Assembly: GCF_024298865.1 (NCBI RefSeq)
Contig: NZ_CP101161.1
Span: 175,227-207,226 of the forward strand
Length of the DNA stretch: 32,000 bases
DNA from: Halorarius halobius
GTDB taxonomy: Archaea > Halobacteriota > Halobacteria > Halobacteriales > Haloarculaceae
Reading direction: 5' to 3'
Positions 1-7,516 of this stretch are shown here, in pieces. The first letter of the stretch is position 1. Each line of letters opens with the position of its first letter. Under the pieces are notes generated by a model. It had not been told where the DNA came from and searched no databases. It saw nothing but the letters and a program-made list of their open reading frames with translations. A program made the position numbers and the translations under genes.

Positions 1-1108
1 CGGTCGCGGCCTTGTCGTAGCCGATGAGACAGTGGGCCAGCGCCGCGCCGACGTTGCGCTTCACGGTCGAGTCCGAGAGGTCACGCTGGAGCCGCGAGGT
101 GGTGACGTAGTCGCCGAGGAAGACGAGGTCCGAGTTCGCCTTCGAGAGGTTCCCCTCGCTGTTCTCGAAGTCGATGGGGTTCACCTTGTGGGGCATCGTC
201 GACGACCCGGTCTCGCCCTCGACTGTCTCCTGGCCGAGGTAGCGCTGGGAGACGTACAGCCACATGTCCCGGTTCAGGTCGAGGAGGACGTTGTTCGCGT
301 TGCGGACGGCGTCGAACACGGACTGGAGGTCGTCACAGGGGTTCACCTGCGTCGAGAGCGGCTGGTGCTCCAGTCCCAGGGAGCCGACGAACTGCCGGGA
401 AAACGCGCGCCAGTCCACGTCCGGGTAGGCGGCGTGGTGGGCCGCGTAGGTGCCCGATGCGCCCGCGAGTTTGCCGGCCAGCGAGCCAGCGGCCCGCTCT
501 ACCTCGCCGACGGCGCGACCGAGACGGGCGGCGTAGACGGCGAGTTCCTTCCCGAACGTCGTCGGCGTGGCCGGCTGGCCGTGCGTGCGAGCCAGCATCG
601 GCAGGTCGCGGTGGTCGCGGGCCATCCCGGCGAGCGTGTCCCGTAGCTCGCGGAGTTCGGGGACGAGCACGTCCTCGACGGCCGGCTTCACGAGCAGTCG
701 CTGGGCGAGGTTGTTCACGTCCTCGCTGGTCAGCGCGACGTGGACGAACGGGGTTGCGTCCCCGCGGTCGATGCGCTCCAGCCGCTCGCGGACGAAGTAC
801 TCGACGGCCTTCACGTCGTGGTTCGTCGCCGGGTAGCCGCGCCAGCCGGCGGTCTCAAGCTGTTTGACGATTTCGGCGTCGTTCTCGTCGAATCCCTCGT
901 ACAGCGCGTACAGCTGGGCACGCTCGCCCTCGTCGAACGACAGCGGCGTCGCGTCGAGTTCGGCCAGCGCGAGCAGGTACTCCACTTCCACCCGGACGCG
1001 GGCGCGCATCAGCGCGGCCTCGCTGGCGTACTCCGCGAGCGGCTCCGTGTAGCCTGCGTAGCGACCGTCCAGCGGCGAGACGGCGTACAGCGGACCCCTG
1101 TTCGTCAT
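1..1108 (-). CDS. purB: Adenylosuccinate lyase (3' end cut off by the window edge)
   Basis: Reverse-strand translation from ATG at 1108: MTNRGPLYAVSPLDGRYAGYTEPLAEYASEAALMRARVRVEVEYLLAL..., including the fumarase/ASL superfamily signature GSSTMPHKVNPIDFENSEGN. Not listed in the ORF track, probably because it runs off the edge. Confidence 0.96.
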   Translation of the reverse strand, partial: MTNRGPLYAVSPLDGRYAGYTEPLAEYASEAALMRARVRVEVEYLLALAELDATPLSFDEGERAQLYALYEGFDENDAEIVKQLETAGWRGYPATNHDVKAVEYFVRERLERIDRGDATPFVHVALTSEDVNNLAQRLLVKPAVEDVLVPELRELRDTLAGMARDHRDLPMLARTHGQPATPTTFGKELAVYAARLGRAVGEVERAAGSLAGKLAGASGTYAAHHAAYPDVDWRAFSRQFVGSLGLEHQPLSTQVNPCDDLQSVFDAVRNANNVLLDLNRDMWLYVSQRYLGQETVEGETGSSTMPHKVNPIDFENSEGNLSKANSDLVFLGDYVTTSRLQRDLSDSTVKRNVGAALAHCLIGYDKAAT

Positions 1109-1129
1109 GGTCGGGAGTGCGGTCACCGC

Positions 1130-1141
1130 GCGAAAAAGCGT
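1130..1141 (-). promoter_or_regulatory. Putative TATA box of purB
   Basis: Reverse-strand CGCTTTTTCG about 27 nt upstream of the ATG at 1108. Confidence 0.5.
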
Positions 1142-1225
1142 GTCGGTCGCCGGTTGCATCGTCGTGAACACCACCGCCACCGAAACCCTGTTTGTACCCT
1201 ATTTCTATACACGTATTCGCATATT

Positions 1226-1265
1226 CTCCCGCGAGTAACCGCAACTACTTTGCGCTCCCGCGAGT
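1226..1265 (+). promoter_or_regulatory. Putative purN-purH promoter flanked by an 11-bp direct repeat
   Basis: CTCCCGCGAGT at 1226-1236 and again at 1255-1265, with the TATA-like CTACTTTG between them, about 27 nt upstream of the ATG at 1277. Confidence 0.45.
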
Positions 1266-1276
1266 CGGATACGGAC

Positions 1277-2851
1277 ATGAAACTGGCCGGGATGGCCTCG
1301 AACCGTGGCCGGAACCTGCGACACATCGCCGACACGCTCGACGTCGAGTTCGCGGTGATACTGTCGAACGAGGAGGGTGCGCCCGTGCTGGAGGCCGCCT
1401 CCGAGCGCGGCATCGCCACCGAAGTCGTCGAGCGCGACGAGGGGGAGAGCCGGGAGGCCCACGAACGGCGGGTGCTGGACCGTCTCGACACCTACGACTT
1501 CGAGTTGCTGTGTCTCGACGGCTACATGCGCGTGCTCACCGAGTCGTTCCTCGACAGGGTGCCGACGACGCTCAACGTCCACCCGTCGCTTCTGCCCTCC
1601 TTCGACGGGAGGGACGCCCACCAGCAGGTGCTCGACGCCGGCGTCCGCGTCACCGGCTGTACGGTCCACGTCGTCGACGAGACAGTCGACGGCGGCCCCA
1701 TCGTCACGCAGGAACCCATCCCCGTCTTCGAGGGCGACGACGCCGAGGCGCTGAAGGAGCGCGTCCTCTACGAGGGCGAGTTCAAGGCGTACCCGCGGGC
1801 CGTCCAGTGGTTCGCCGAGGACCGCGTCGAGGTCGACCACGACGCGGGCGAGGTCCACGTCGACGGCGACGACGACGGGGAGTTCCCCGCCCGGCGGGTC
1901 GTCAGCGAGGATTTCGAGACGGGCCTGCGGTACGGCGAGAACCCCCACCAGGACGCGGCCGTCTACGCCGACGGGGCCTGCGAGGCGGCGAACGTCGTCA
2001 CCGCCCCGCAGTTGAACGAGGGCGCGAAGGCGCTGTCGTACAACAACTACAACGACGCCGACGCCGCGCTGGGGCTCGTCAAGGAGTTCGACGACCCCGC
2101 GGCGGCGGTCATCAAGCACACCAACCCGGCGGGCTGTGCCACTGCCGACACGCTCGCCGACGCCTACGCGGACGCGCTCTCGACGGACCCCCAGAGCGCG
2201 TTCGGCGGCATCGTCGCGCTCAACCGCGAGTGTGACGCCGCCACCGCCGAGCAGGTGGTCGACTCGTTCAAGGAAATCGTGGTCGCGCCCGACTACACCG
2301 ACGCGGCGCTGGACGTGCTGACGACGAAGGAGAACCTCCGCGTACTCGCGGTCGGCGACCTCTCGACCGACGACGAGCGGATGACCGAGAAACCGATTAC
2401 GGGGGGGCGACTCGTGCAGGAGCGCGACCGGCAGAAACTCGCGCCCGACGACCTGGAGGTCGTCACCGAGCGGGAACCCACAGACGAGCAAATCGAGTCG
2501 ATGCTGTTCGCGTGGCAGACCATCAAGCACGTCAAGTCGAACGCCATCCTGTTCGCCAACGGAACCGAGACGGTCGGCATCGGCATGGGACAGGTCTCGC
2601 GGGTCGACGCGGTCCGACTGGCGGCGATGAAAGCCGAGGAACACGCCGAGGGGAAGAGCGCGGAGGGCGCGGTGATGGCCTCGGACGCCTTCTTCCCGTT
2701 CCCCGACGCCGTGGAGTACGCCGCCGAGGCGGGTATCGAGGCAGTCATCCAGCCCGGCGGCTCCGTCAACGACGAGGACGTCGTCGAGGCCGCCGACGAG
2801 CACGGGATGGCGATGGTGCTGACCGGCCAGCGGTGCTTCAGACACGACTGA
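1277..2851 (+). CDS. Bifunctional phosphoribosylglycinamide formyltransferase (PurN-like) / AICAR formyltransferase (PurH C-terminal domain) fusion
   Basis: Starts MKLAGMASNRGRNLRHIAD; the PurN-like part has LNVHPSLLPSFDG, GCTVHVVDETVDGGPIV. The AICARFT part has LRYGENPHQDAAVY, LSYNNYNDADAAL, VIKHTNPAGCA, SAFGGIVALN, KHVKSNAILFA, SDAFFPFPD, QPGGSVND. No MGS-like IMP cyclohydrolase domain is present. Start trimmed from the track's 740. Confidence 0.92.
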   Translation: MKLAGMASNRGRNLRHIADTLDVEFAVILSNEEGAPVLEAASERGIATEVVERDEGESREAHERRVLDRLDTYDFELLCLDGYMRVLTESFLDRVPTTLNVHPSLLPSFDGRDAHQQVLDAGVRVTGCTVHVVDETVDGGPIVTQEPIPVFEGDDAEALKERVLYEGEFKAYPRAVQWFAEDRVEVDHDAGEVHVDGDDDGEFPARRVVSEDFETGLRYGENPHQDAAVYADGACEAANVVTAPQLNEGAKALSYNNYNDADAALGLVKEFDDPAAAVIKHTNPAGCATADTLADAYADALSTDPQSAFGGIVALNRECDAATAEQVVDSFKEIVVAPDYTDAALDVLTTKENLRVLAVGDLSTDDERMTEKPITGGRLVQERDRQKLAPDDLEVVTEREPTDEQIESMLFAWQTIKHVKSNAILFANGTETVGIGMGQVSRVDAVRLAAMKAEEHAEGKSAEGAVMASDAFFPFPDAVEYAAEAGIEAVIQPGGSVNDEDVVEAADEHGMAMVLTGQRCFRHD

Positions 2852-2905
2852 GCGACAGCGAAGGAGTGTCTGAAGCCCGTGAGACGACGGAAGGGAGTCT
2901 CACGG
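2835..2905 (+). terminator. Two consecutive inverted repeats overlapping and following the purN-H stop codon
   Basis: GCTTCAGACAC (2835-2845) / GTGTCTGAAGC (2866-2876), then CCGTGAGAC (2877-2885) / GTCTCACGG (2897-2905). The terminator role is inferred. Confidence 0.4.
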
Positions 2906-2923
2906 CGTTTCAGACACGACTGA

Positions 2924-3130
2924 ACGCCCAGGTTTTGCATCTCCCTCGGCGCGCTTCGCGCGCCTCGGCCTGTGTGCCGGCTCCGCCGATACGATTTAGC
3001 ACGGCGGGCTGTCAGCCCGCCGCTCAGGCAATAACTCGGGGCAATATACGCGCCTCGCTTCGCTCGGCGCCGAAGAACCGCTCGCTCCCTGCGGTCGCTC
3101 GGGGACGCTACGGTCCCACAAACGCTTTGT
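2924..3130. repeat. Intergenic cluster of palindromic GC-rich motifs
   Basis: GGCGCGC-TTC-GCGCGCC (2948-2964), CGGCGGGCTG-T-CAGCCCGCCG (3002-3022), CGCCTCGCTTCGCTCGGCG (3051-3069), CCGCTCGCTCCCTGCGG (about 3079-3095). Confidence 0.55.
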
Positions 3131-3164
3131 CACAGCAGTAGCCAGAACTCGACGACGCCCTCCG

Positions 3165-3827
3165 ATGTCACGCTACGACGCAGTCCTGTTCGACAACGAC
3201 GGCGTGTTGGTCCACCCGCCGTCGTCCGAGGCACAGTCGGCCGCCATCCGCGACGCCTTCCACGAGGTGGGCGTCGAGTCGCCCCGCGACGACCACGTCG
3301 AGTACCTCTGTCACGGCGTCACCGTGGACGGCCTCCGTGACATCGCCGCGTCCTACGGCGTCGACCACGAGACGCTGTGGGACGCCCGCGAGCGGCACGA
3401 CGACCGCTCGCAACGCGAGGCGTTCGTCGCCGGCCACCGGAGCACCTACGACGACGTGGACGCCGTCGACGCGCTTCCGGGGCCACGCGGCCTCGTCAGC
3501 AACAACCACCACCCGACCGTCGAGTTCGTCCTCGACCGCTTCGGGTTGGGGTTCGACACCTACTACGGCCGGCCGATGACCGTCGAGAGCCTGCGGTTGA
3601 AGAAACCGAACACGCATTTCCTCGACCGCGCGCTCGCGGACCTCGACGCCGACTCGGGGCTGTACGTCGGGGACAGCGAGAGCGACGTACAGGCCGCCCA
3701 CAACGCAGGACTGGAGTCGGTGTTCGTCCGGCGGGAGCACAACCGCGACGCCGCGCTCGGCGTCACGCCGGACTACGAGGTGGAGACGCTGGACGCCGTC
3801 GGCGAAATCCTCGGCGACGGGGCGTGA
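3165..3827 (+). CDS. HAD superfamily hydrolase (phosphoglycolate phosphatase-like)
   Basis: N-terminal DxDG motif YDAVLFDNDGVLVHPP; later motifs LVSNNHH, KKPNTHFL and YVGDSESDVQAAHNAG. Confidence 0.88.
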   Translation: MSRYDAVLFDNDGVLVHPPSSEAQSAAIRDAFHEVGVESPRDDHVEYLCHGVTVDGLRDIAASYGVDHETLWDARERHDDRSQREAFVAGHRSTYDDVDAVDALPGPRGLVSNNHHPTVEFVLDRFGLGFDTYYGRPMTVESLRLKKPNTHFLDRALADLDADSGLYVGDSESDVQAAHNAGLESVFVRREHNRDAALGVTPDYEVETLDAVGEILGDGA

Positions 3828-3836
3828 GCGCGGACG

Positions 3837-4769
3837 CTACTCGACGTACGTGAACCAGTCGTCGTGGTCGTCGGTCCGGCGCTCCACGAGGTCGAAGAAC
3901 GCCTGCTGGAGTTCCTCGGTGACCGGGCCGCGCGTCCCCGAGCCGATTTCGTTGTCGTCGACGCTCTTGATTGGGGTGACCTCCGCCGCCGTCCCCGAGA
4001 AGAACAGTTCGTCCGCGGTGTACAACTCGCCTCGCGAGATGACGGCGTCGTCGTGGACGGTGTAGCCGTGTTCCTCGGCGAGGGTGATGACCGTCTCGCG
4101 GGTGATGCCGTTGAGGATGGACTGCGCGAGGCCGGGCGTGTATATCTCGCCGTCGTTGACCATGAAGATGTTCTCGCCCGGTCCCTCGGCGACGTTGCCC
4201 TCCTTGTTGAGGACGATGGCCTCGACGTAGCCGTTGCCCCGCGCTTCCTCGCCGGCGAGCATGCTGTTGAGGTACGGGCCGGTCGCCTTCGCGTTCGTCG
4301 GAATCTGCGAGGAGGCGTGCTTGCGCCACGAAGAGACCATCACGTCGACGCCGTTCTCCAGCGCCTCCTCGCCGAGATACGCGCCCCACGGCCAGCAGGC
4401 GATTGCGGTGCGTGTCGGACAGTCCTTCGGCGAGACGCCCAGCGAGTCGTAGCCGAAGAAGGAGATGGGCCGGATGTAGCAGGATTCGAGCTCCTGCCGG
4501 CGAATCAGTTCCAGCGTCGCCTCCTTCAGCTCCTCTAGCGAGTAGCCGATGTCGAGGTCGTACGGCTTCGCCGACTCGTAGAGGCGTTCGAGGTGTTCGT
4601 CGAAGCGGAACACCGCCGGACCCCGCTCGGTGTCGTAACAGCGGATGCCCTCGAACACCCCCGTTCCGTAGTGCAGTCCGTGCGTGAGAACGTGAATCTG
4701 GGCCTCGTCCCAGTCCACGAACTCGCCGTCCATCCAGATGGTGTCGACGTCCATCTCGTCGAAGCCCAT
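3837..4769 (-). CDS. ilvE: Branched-chain amino acid aminotransferase
   Basis: MGFDEMDVDTIWMDGEFVDWDEAQIHVLTHGLHYGTGVFEGIRCYDT... with EARGNGYVEAIVLNKEGNVAEGPGENIFMV. Class IV aminotransferase. Start chosen at MGF (4769) rather than the track's 4784. Confidence 0.93.
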   Translation of the reverse strand: MGFDEMDVDTIWMDGEFVDWDEAQIHVLTHGLHYGTGVFEGIRCYDTERGPAVFRFDEHLERLYESAKPYDLDIGYSLEELKEATLELIRRQELESCYIRPISFFGYDSLGVSPKDCPTRTAIACWPWGAYLGEEALENGVDVMVSSWRKHASSQIPTNAKATGPYLNSMLAGEEARGNGYVEAIVLNKEGNVAEGPGENIFMVNDGEIYTPGLAQSILNGITRETVITLAEEHGYTVHDDAVISRGELYTADELFFSGTAAEVTPIKSVDDNEIGSGTRGPVTEELQQAFFDLVERRTDDHDDWFTYVE

Positions 4770-4776
4770 ACCCACA

Positions 4777-4806
4777 GCCAACACCGCCCCCGTATTGAGT
4801 GTTGGC
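4777..4806 (-). promoter_or_regulatory. Putative ilvE promoter with flanking inverted repeat
   Basis: Perfect 8-bp inverted repeat GCCAACAC (4777-4784) / GTGTTGGC (4799-4806) around the reverse-strand TATA-like TCAATACG, about 27 nt upstream of the start at 4769. Confidence 0.4.
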
Positions 4807-4826
4807 GGTTCTTGCCGGAGGAGAAA

Positions 4827-5489
4827 TCAGCCGAGGCGCGCCAGCAGGTCCGCACCCTCGACGTACACGAGGTCGTGACGGTCGGCGTACGCGCGGGCGT
4901 CGGCGGGCGACAGCGCCCCGCCCGTCTCGTCGTCGAGCATCTCACAGACGACGACGGCAGGCGCGCGGTCGGCGGCCGCCGCGAGCGCGACGCCGAGTTC
5001 CGTGTGGCCCTCGCGGTCCGCGAGCAGGCCCGGCGCGGCCCGAAGGAGGTGGACGTGGCCCGGGGCGCGGAACTCGTCGGCGAACTGCGCGCGGTCGGGA
5101 GCGGCCGCGAGGTCGCCCAGCCGCGAGATGGTGAGCGCGCGGTCGTCGTCCGGGATGCCGGTCCGGGTGTCGCGGTGGTTGACCGTCAGCGAGAACGACG
5201 ACCGTTCGTCGTAGTCGAGGTCGTGGTCGGCCGCGGCCGGGTGGTCGATGGTCTCCTGCACGAAGGGGAGGCCCCACGCCTCGGCGACCGCATCCGAGAG
5301 CGCGACACAGACCAGCCCGCCGGCGTCGTTGCGCATCCGGCAGACGTCGTCGCTGTCGACCGCCGCCGCGGGGTAGACGAGGTCCGTCTCGCCCTCGCGG
5401 TCGGCGGCGTCGTGGACCAGGACTGGCTCGCCGCGGGCGAACGCCTCGATGGCCGCGTCCACGGCGGTCAGTTCACTGCTCCTCGACAC
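4827..5489 (-). CDS. ribB: 3,4-dihydroxy-2-butanone-4-phosphate synthase
   Basis: [39 protein letters not shown] and [10 protein letters not shown] are RibB family motifs. Confidence 0.93.
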   Translation of the reverse strand: MSRSSELTAVDAAIEAFARGEPVLVHDAADREGETDLVYPAAAVDSDDVCRMRNDAGGLVCVALSDAVAEAWGLPFVQETIDHPAAADHDLDYDERSSFSLTVNHRDTRTGIPDDDRALTISRLGDLAAAPDRAQFADEFRAPGHVHLLRAAPGLLADREGHTELGVALAAAADRAPAVVVCEMLDDETGGALSPADARAYADRHDLVYVEGADLLARLG

Positions 5490-6171
5490 GGACGGTCACC
5501 TCCATCCCGTCGTCGAGGCCGAGCACGTCCCGGAGCTTCTCGGGCGCGATGACCTCCAGTTGGTCGGCGTCGTGGTGGGTGCGCTCGGGCGCGATGACGT
5601 GGGCCTCCTCGTACGTCTCCCCGTCGACGAGGACAGCGGCGGGCCAGCAGAACGCCGGGCCGTACGTCCGGTCGTCACCTTCCCAGCCGTCGATGCGGAC
5701 GGGGTCCATCGCGTCCATCCGGGCGCGCGCCTCCACGCTCTCGGCGTCGAGGTCGACGTTCAGCGTCCCCGCGAACGGCTCGTAACCGAGCCGCTCGCGG
5801 AACTGCTCCATGTAGCCCGGAAGCGAGATGTAGTGGCGCCCCTCGCCCATCCCGCTGGTGACGGTGCCGTGAAGCGCCACCTCCGCGACGCCCTCGAAGA
5901 TGCGTCGGTAGGCCTCGTACTCGCGGCGTAGCGTCCGGCGGCCGGCGTCGGTGATGGTGACCCGCTGGCCGTCGCCGACCATCTCCCGCTCGACGGTGCC
6001 GGCGTCCTCCAGTCGCTGGAGCCGGCGGGAGGCAGTCTGGTTCGAGGCGTCGAGTCGCTCCGCGAGCGCCGCACACGTCACGGTCGTCGGCGCGTCGGCG
6101 GCCCCCTCCAGCGCGAGATGCTTGAGAGTCGCCAGTTCGTCGGGACCGACCGACGCCACCTGTTCTTGCAT
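5473..6171 (-). CDS. ribK: CTP-dependent riboflavin kinase with N-terminal winged-helix domain (RbkR-type)
   Basis: N-terminal HTH ([34 protein letters not shown]) followed by the archaeal RibK region ([40 protein letters not shown]... [24 protein letters not shown]). Start trimmed from 6360 to ATG at 6171. Overlaps ribB by 17 nt. Confidence 0.93.
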   Translation of the reverse strand: MQEQVASVGPDELATLKHLALEGAADAPTTVTCAALAERLDASNQTASRRLQRLEDAGTVEREMVGDGQRVTITDAGRRTLRREYEAYRRIFEGVAEVALHGTVTSGMGEGRHYISLPGYMEQFRERLGYEPFAGTLNVDLDAESVEARARMDAMDPVRIDGWEGDDRTYGPAFCWPAAVLVDGETYEEAHVIAPERTHHDADQLEVIAPEKLRDVLGLDDGMEVTVRVEEQ

Positions 6172-6193
6172 ACCACGGGCTACGGAACTCGTC

Positions 6194-6235
6194 GGTTTAA
6201 GCGTAACGAACGTGGAAAGCTTCTCAAAAATGAGA
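6194..6235 (-). promoter_or_regulatory. Putative ribK promoter/operator region
   Basis: Reverse-strand TATA-like CGCTTAAACC about 27 nt upstream of the ATG at 6171; upstream of it CGTTCGTTACG and TCTCA-TTTT-TGAGA (6222-6235). Confidence 0.35.
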
Positions 6236-6398
6236 TGGCGTGCGAGGCGGGAACCGTCGGGAGTTCCACGTCGGGACCGACCCGACATGAAGCCGTCGGT
6301 CACGGCGACGCGGACGGCCGCCCGGTCGGGGAAGCGTCGCGCCGGTCGAACGAGGTTCACGCGTCGTCCCGCCCTCGGAGCGTCCGGACGGTCGGCGT

Positions 6399-7370
6399 CT
6401 ACGCCGAGTAGGGCTCCGCGCTCCAGAACTCGCTTCCGCCCTTCAGTTTCGGCACCCAGGTGTCTTCCTCGCGTGCGAGCAGTGCGACCCGCGACTCCTC
6501 GACCTCACGGTAGTGGTCGAACTCGGGGAGGAACTCGCTCACGTCGCGGGTGAACGCCGCCACTTCCTCGTGGTCGGGCATCGACGAGCGGTCCAGTCGT
6601 CCGCGGGAGTGGCCGACGTGCATGTACGCCTTCATCTCGACGAAGTCCACGTCCGCGCGCTGGCACATCGCCGCGTACCACGCCGGCGTGTGCATGTTGA
6701 CCCCCTTCACGAGCGTCGTGCGGATGACCGTCCGCGTCTCCTCCTTGTCGGCGAGCACGTCGAGCGTGTCGATGAGGCTCTCCCACGCGCCGTCCTCGAC
6801 GGCGCCGACGGTGTCGTCGAACGTCGCCCGGTCGGCGGCGTCGACGGAGACGTACAACTGCGTCGGGTCACACTCCGCGAGCACCTCGGGTCGGGTGCCG
6901 TTCGACACGAGGAACGTCGTCAGCCCGCGGTCGTGGAACGCCTCGATGAGTTCCGGCAGATACGGGTAGAGGGTCGGTTCGCCGTCCAGCGAGATGGCGA
7001 CGTGGCGCGGCTCCATCGCCTCGTCGAACACCTCGCGGGGCACCTCGTCGTTGCCGCCGAACCCGGAGAGGAGTTTCCGCTGGAGGTCGATTGACGCGTC
7101 GACGACCGCCTCGGGGTCGTCCCACTCGACGCCGTCGAGTTCGTACGCGTGGCCCGCGTGGTCGCGCCAGCAGAACACGCACCGCTCGTTGCATTTGACG
7201 ACCGGCGTCATCTGGATACAGCGGTGCGACTGGATGCCGTAGAAGTGGTTCTTGTAACACCGACCCTCGCCGCGCACCGCGCTGGACGTCCAGCCACACG
7301 TCTGGGCCGCGGTGTGGTTGACGCTGTGGTAGTCCGGGTCGTCTACCTGCTTGGGCCCCGAATCGCTCAT
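6399..7370 (-). CDS. taw1: 4-demethylwyosine synthase, radical SAM (TYW1/Taw1)
   Basis: Radical-SAM [11 protein letters not shown] (CX3CX2C), [51 protein letters not shown]. Start at MSDSGPK (7370), with TATA-like GGGTTTACGC about 27 nt upstream. Confidence 0.92.
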   Translation of the reverse strand: MSDSGPKQVDDPDYHSVNHTAAQTCGWTSSAVRGEGRCYKNHFYGIQSHRCIQMTPVVKCNERCVFCWRDHAGHAYELDGVEWDDPEAVVDASIDLQRKLLSGFGGNDEVPREVFDEAMEPRHVAISLDGEPTLYPYLPELIEAFHDRGLTTFLVSNGTRPEVLAECDPTQLYVSVDAADRATFDDTVGAVEDGAWESLIDTLDVLADKEETRTVIRTTLVKGVNMHTPAWYAAMCQRADVDFVEMKAYMHVGHSRGRLDRSSMPDHEEVAAFTRDVSEFLPEFDHYREVEESRVALLAREEDTWVPKLKGGSEFWSAEPYSA

Positions 7371-7516
7371 GTCGTGTGCCAGTGGGCGGGGGCGCGTAAA
7401 CCCGTCGCTCACGTGGGGCGTCGTTCGACGGTCCATGCGACTGGACTCCTCCAACCGGCTACGTCATCGACCGCCGGCCGTAGTCCACACGGCGCGAGAC
7501 GGACGGCGAGGTGGGG

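Noticed and set aside
740-1276. N-terminal extension of the 703-aa purN-H ORF
   Set aside because: Region is antisense to purB and intergenic; the real start is at 1277, where the GAR transformylase-like fold begins.
1205-2845. 546-aa minus-strand ORF antisense to purN-H
   Set aside because: Composition artefact opposite a clearly conserved gene.
2924-3130. CRISPR array or tRNA
   Set aside because: The palindromes are of different sequence and irregular spacing with no spacers, and no cloverleaf or T-loop (GGTTCGAATC-like) is present.
6172-6360. N-terminal extension of ribK up to 6360
   Set aside because: No conservation signal, and the promoter-like TATA box at about 6198 fits the ATG at 6171.
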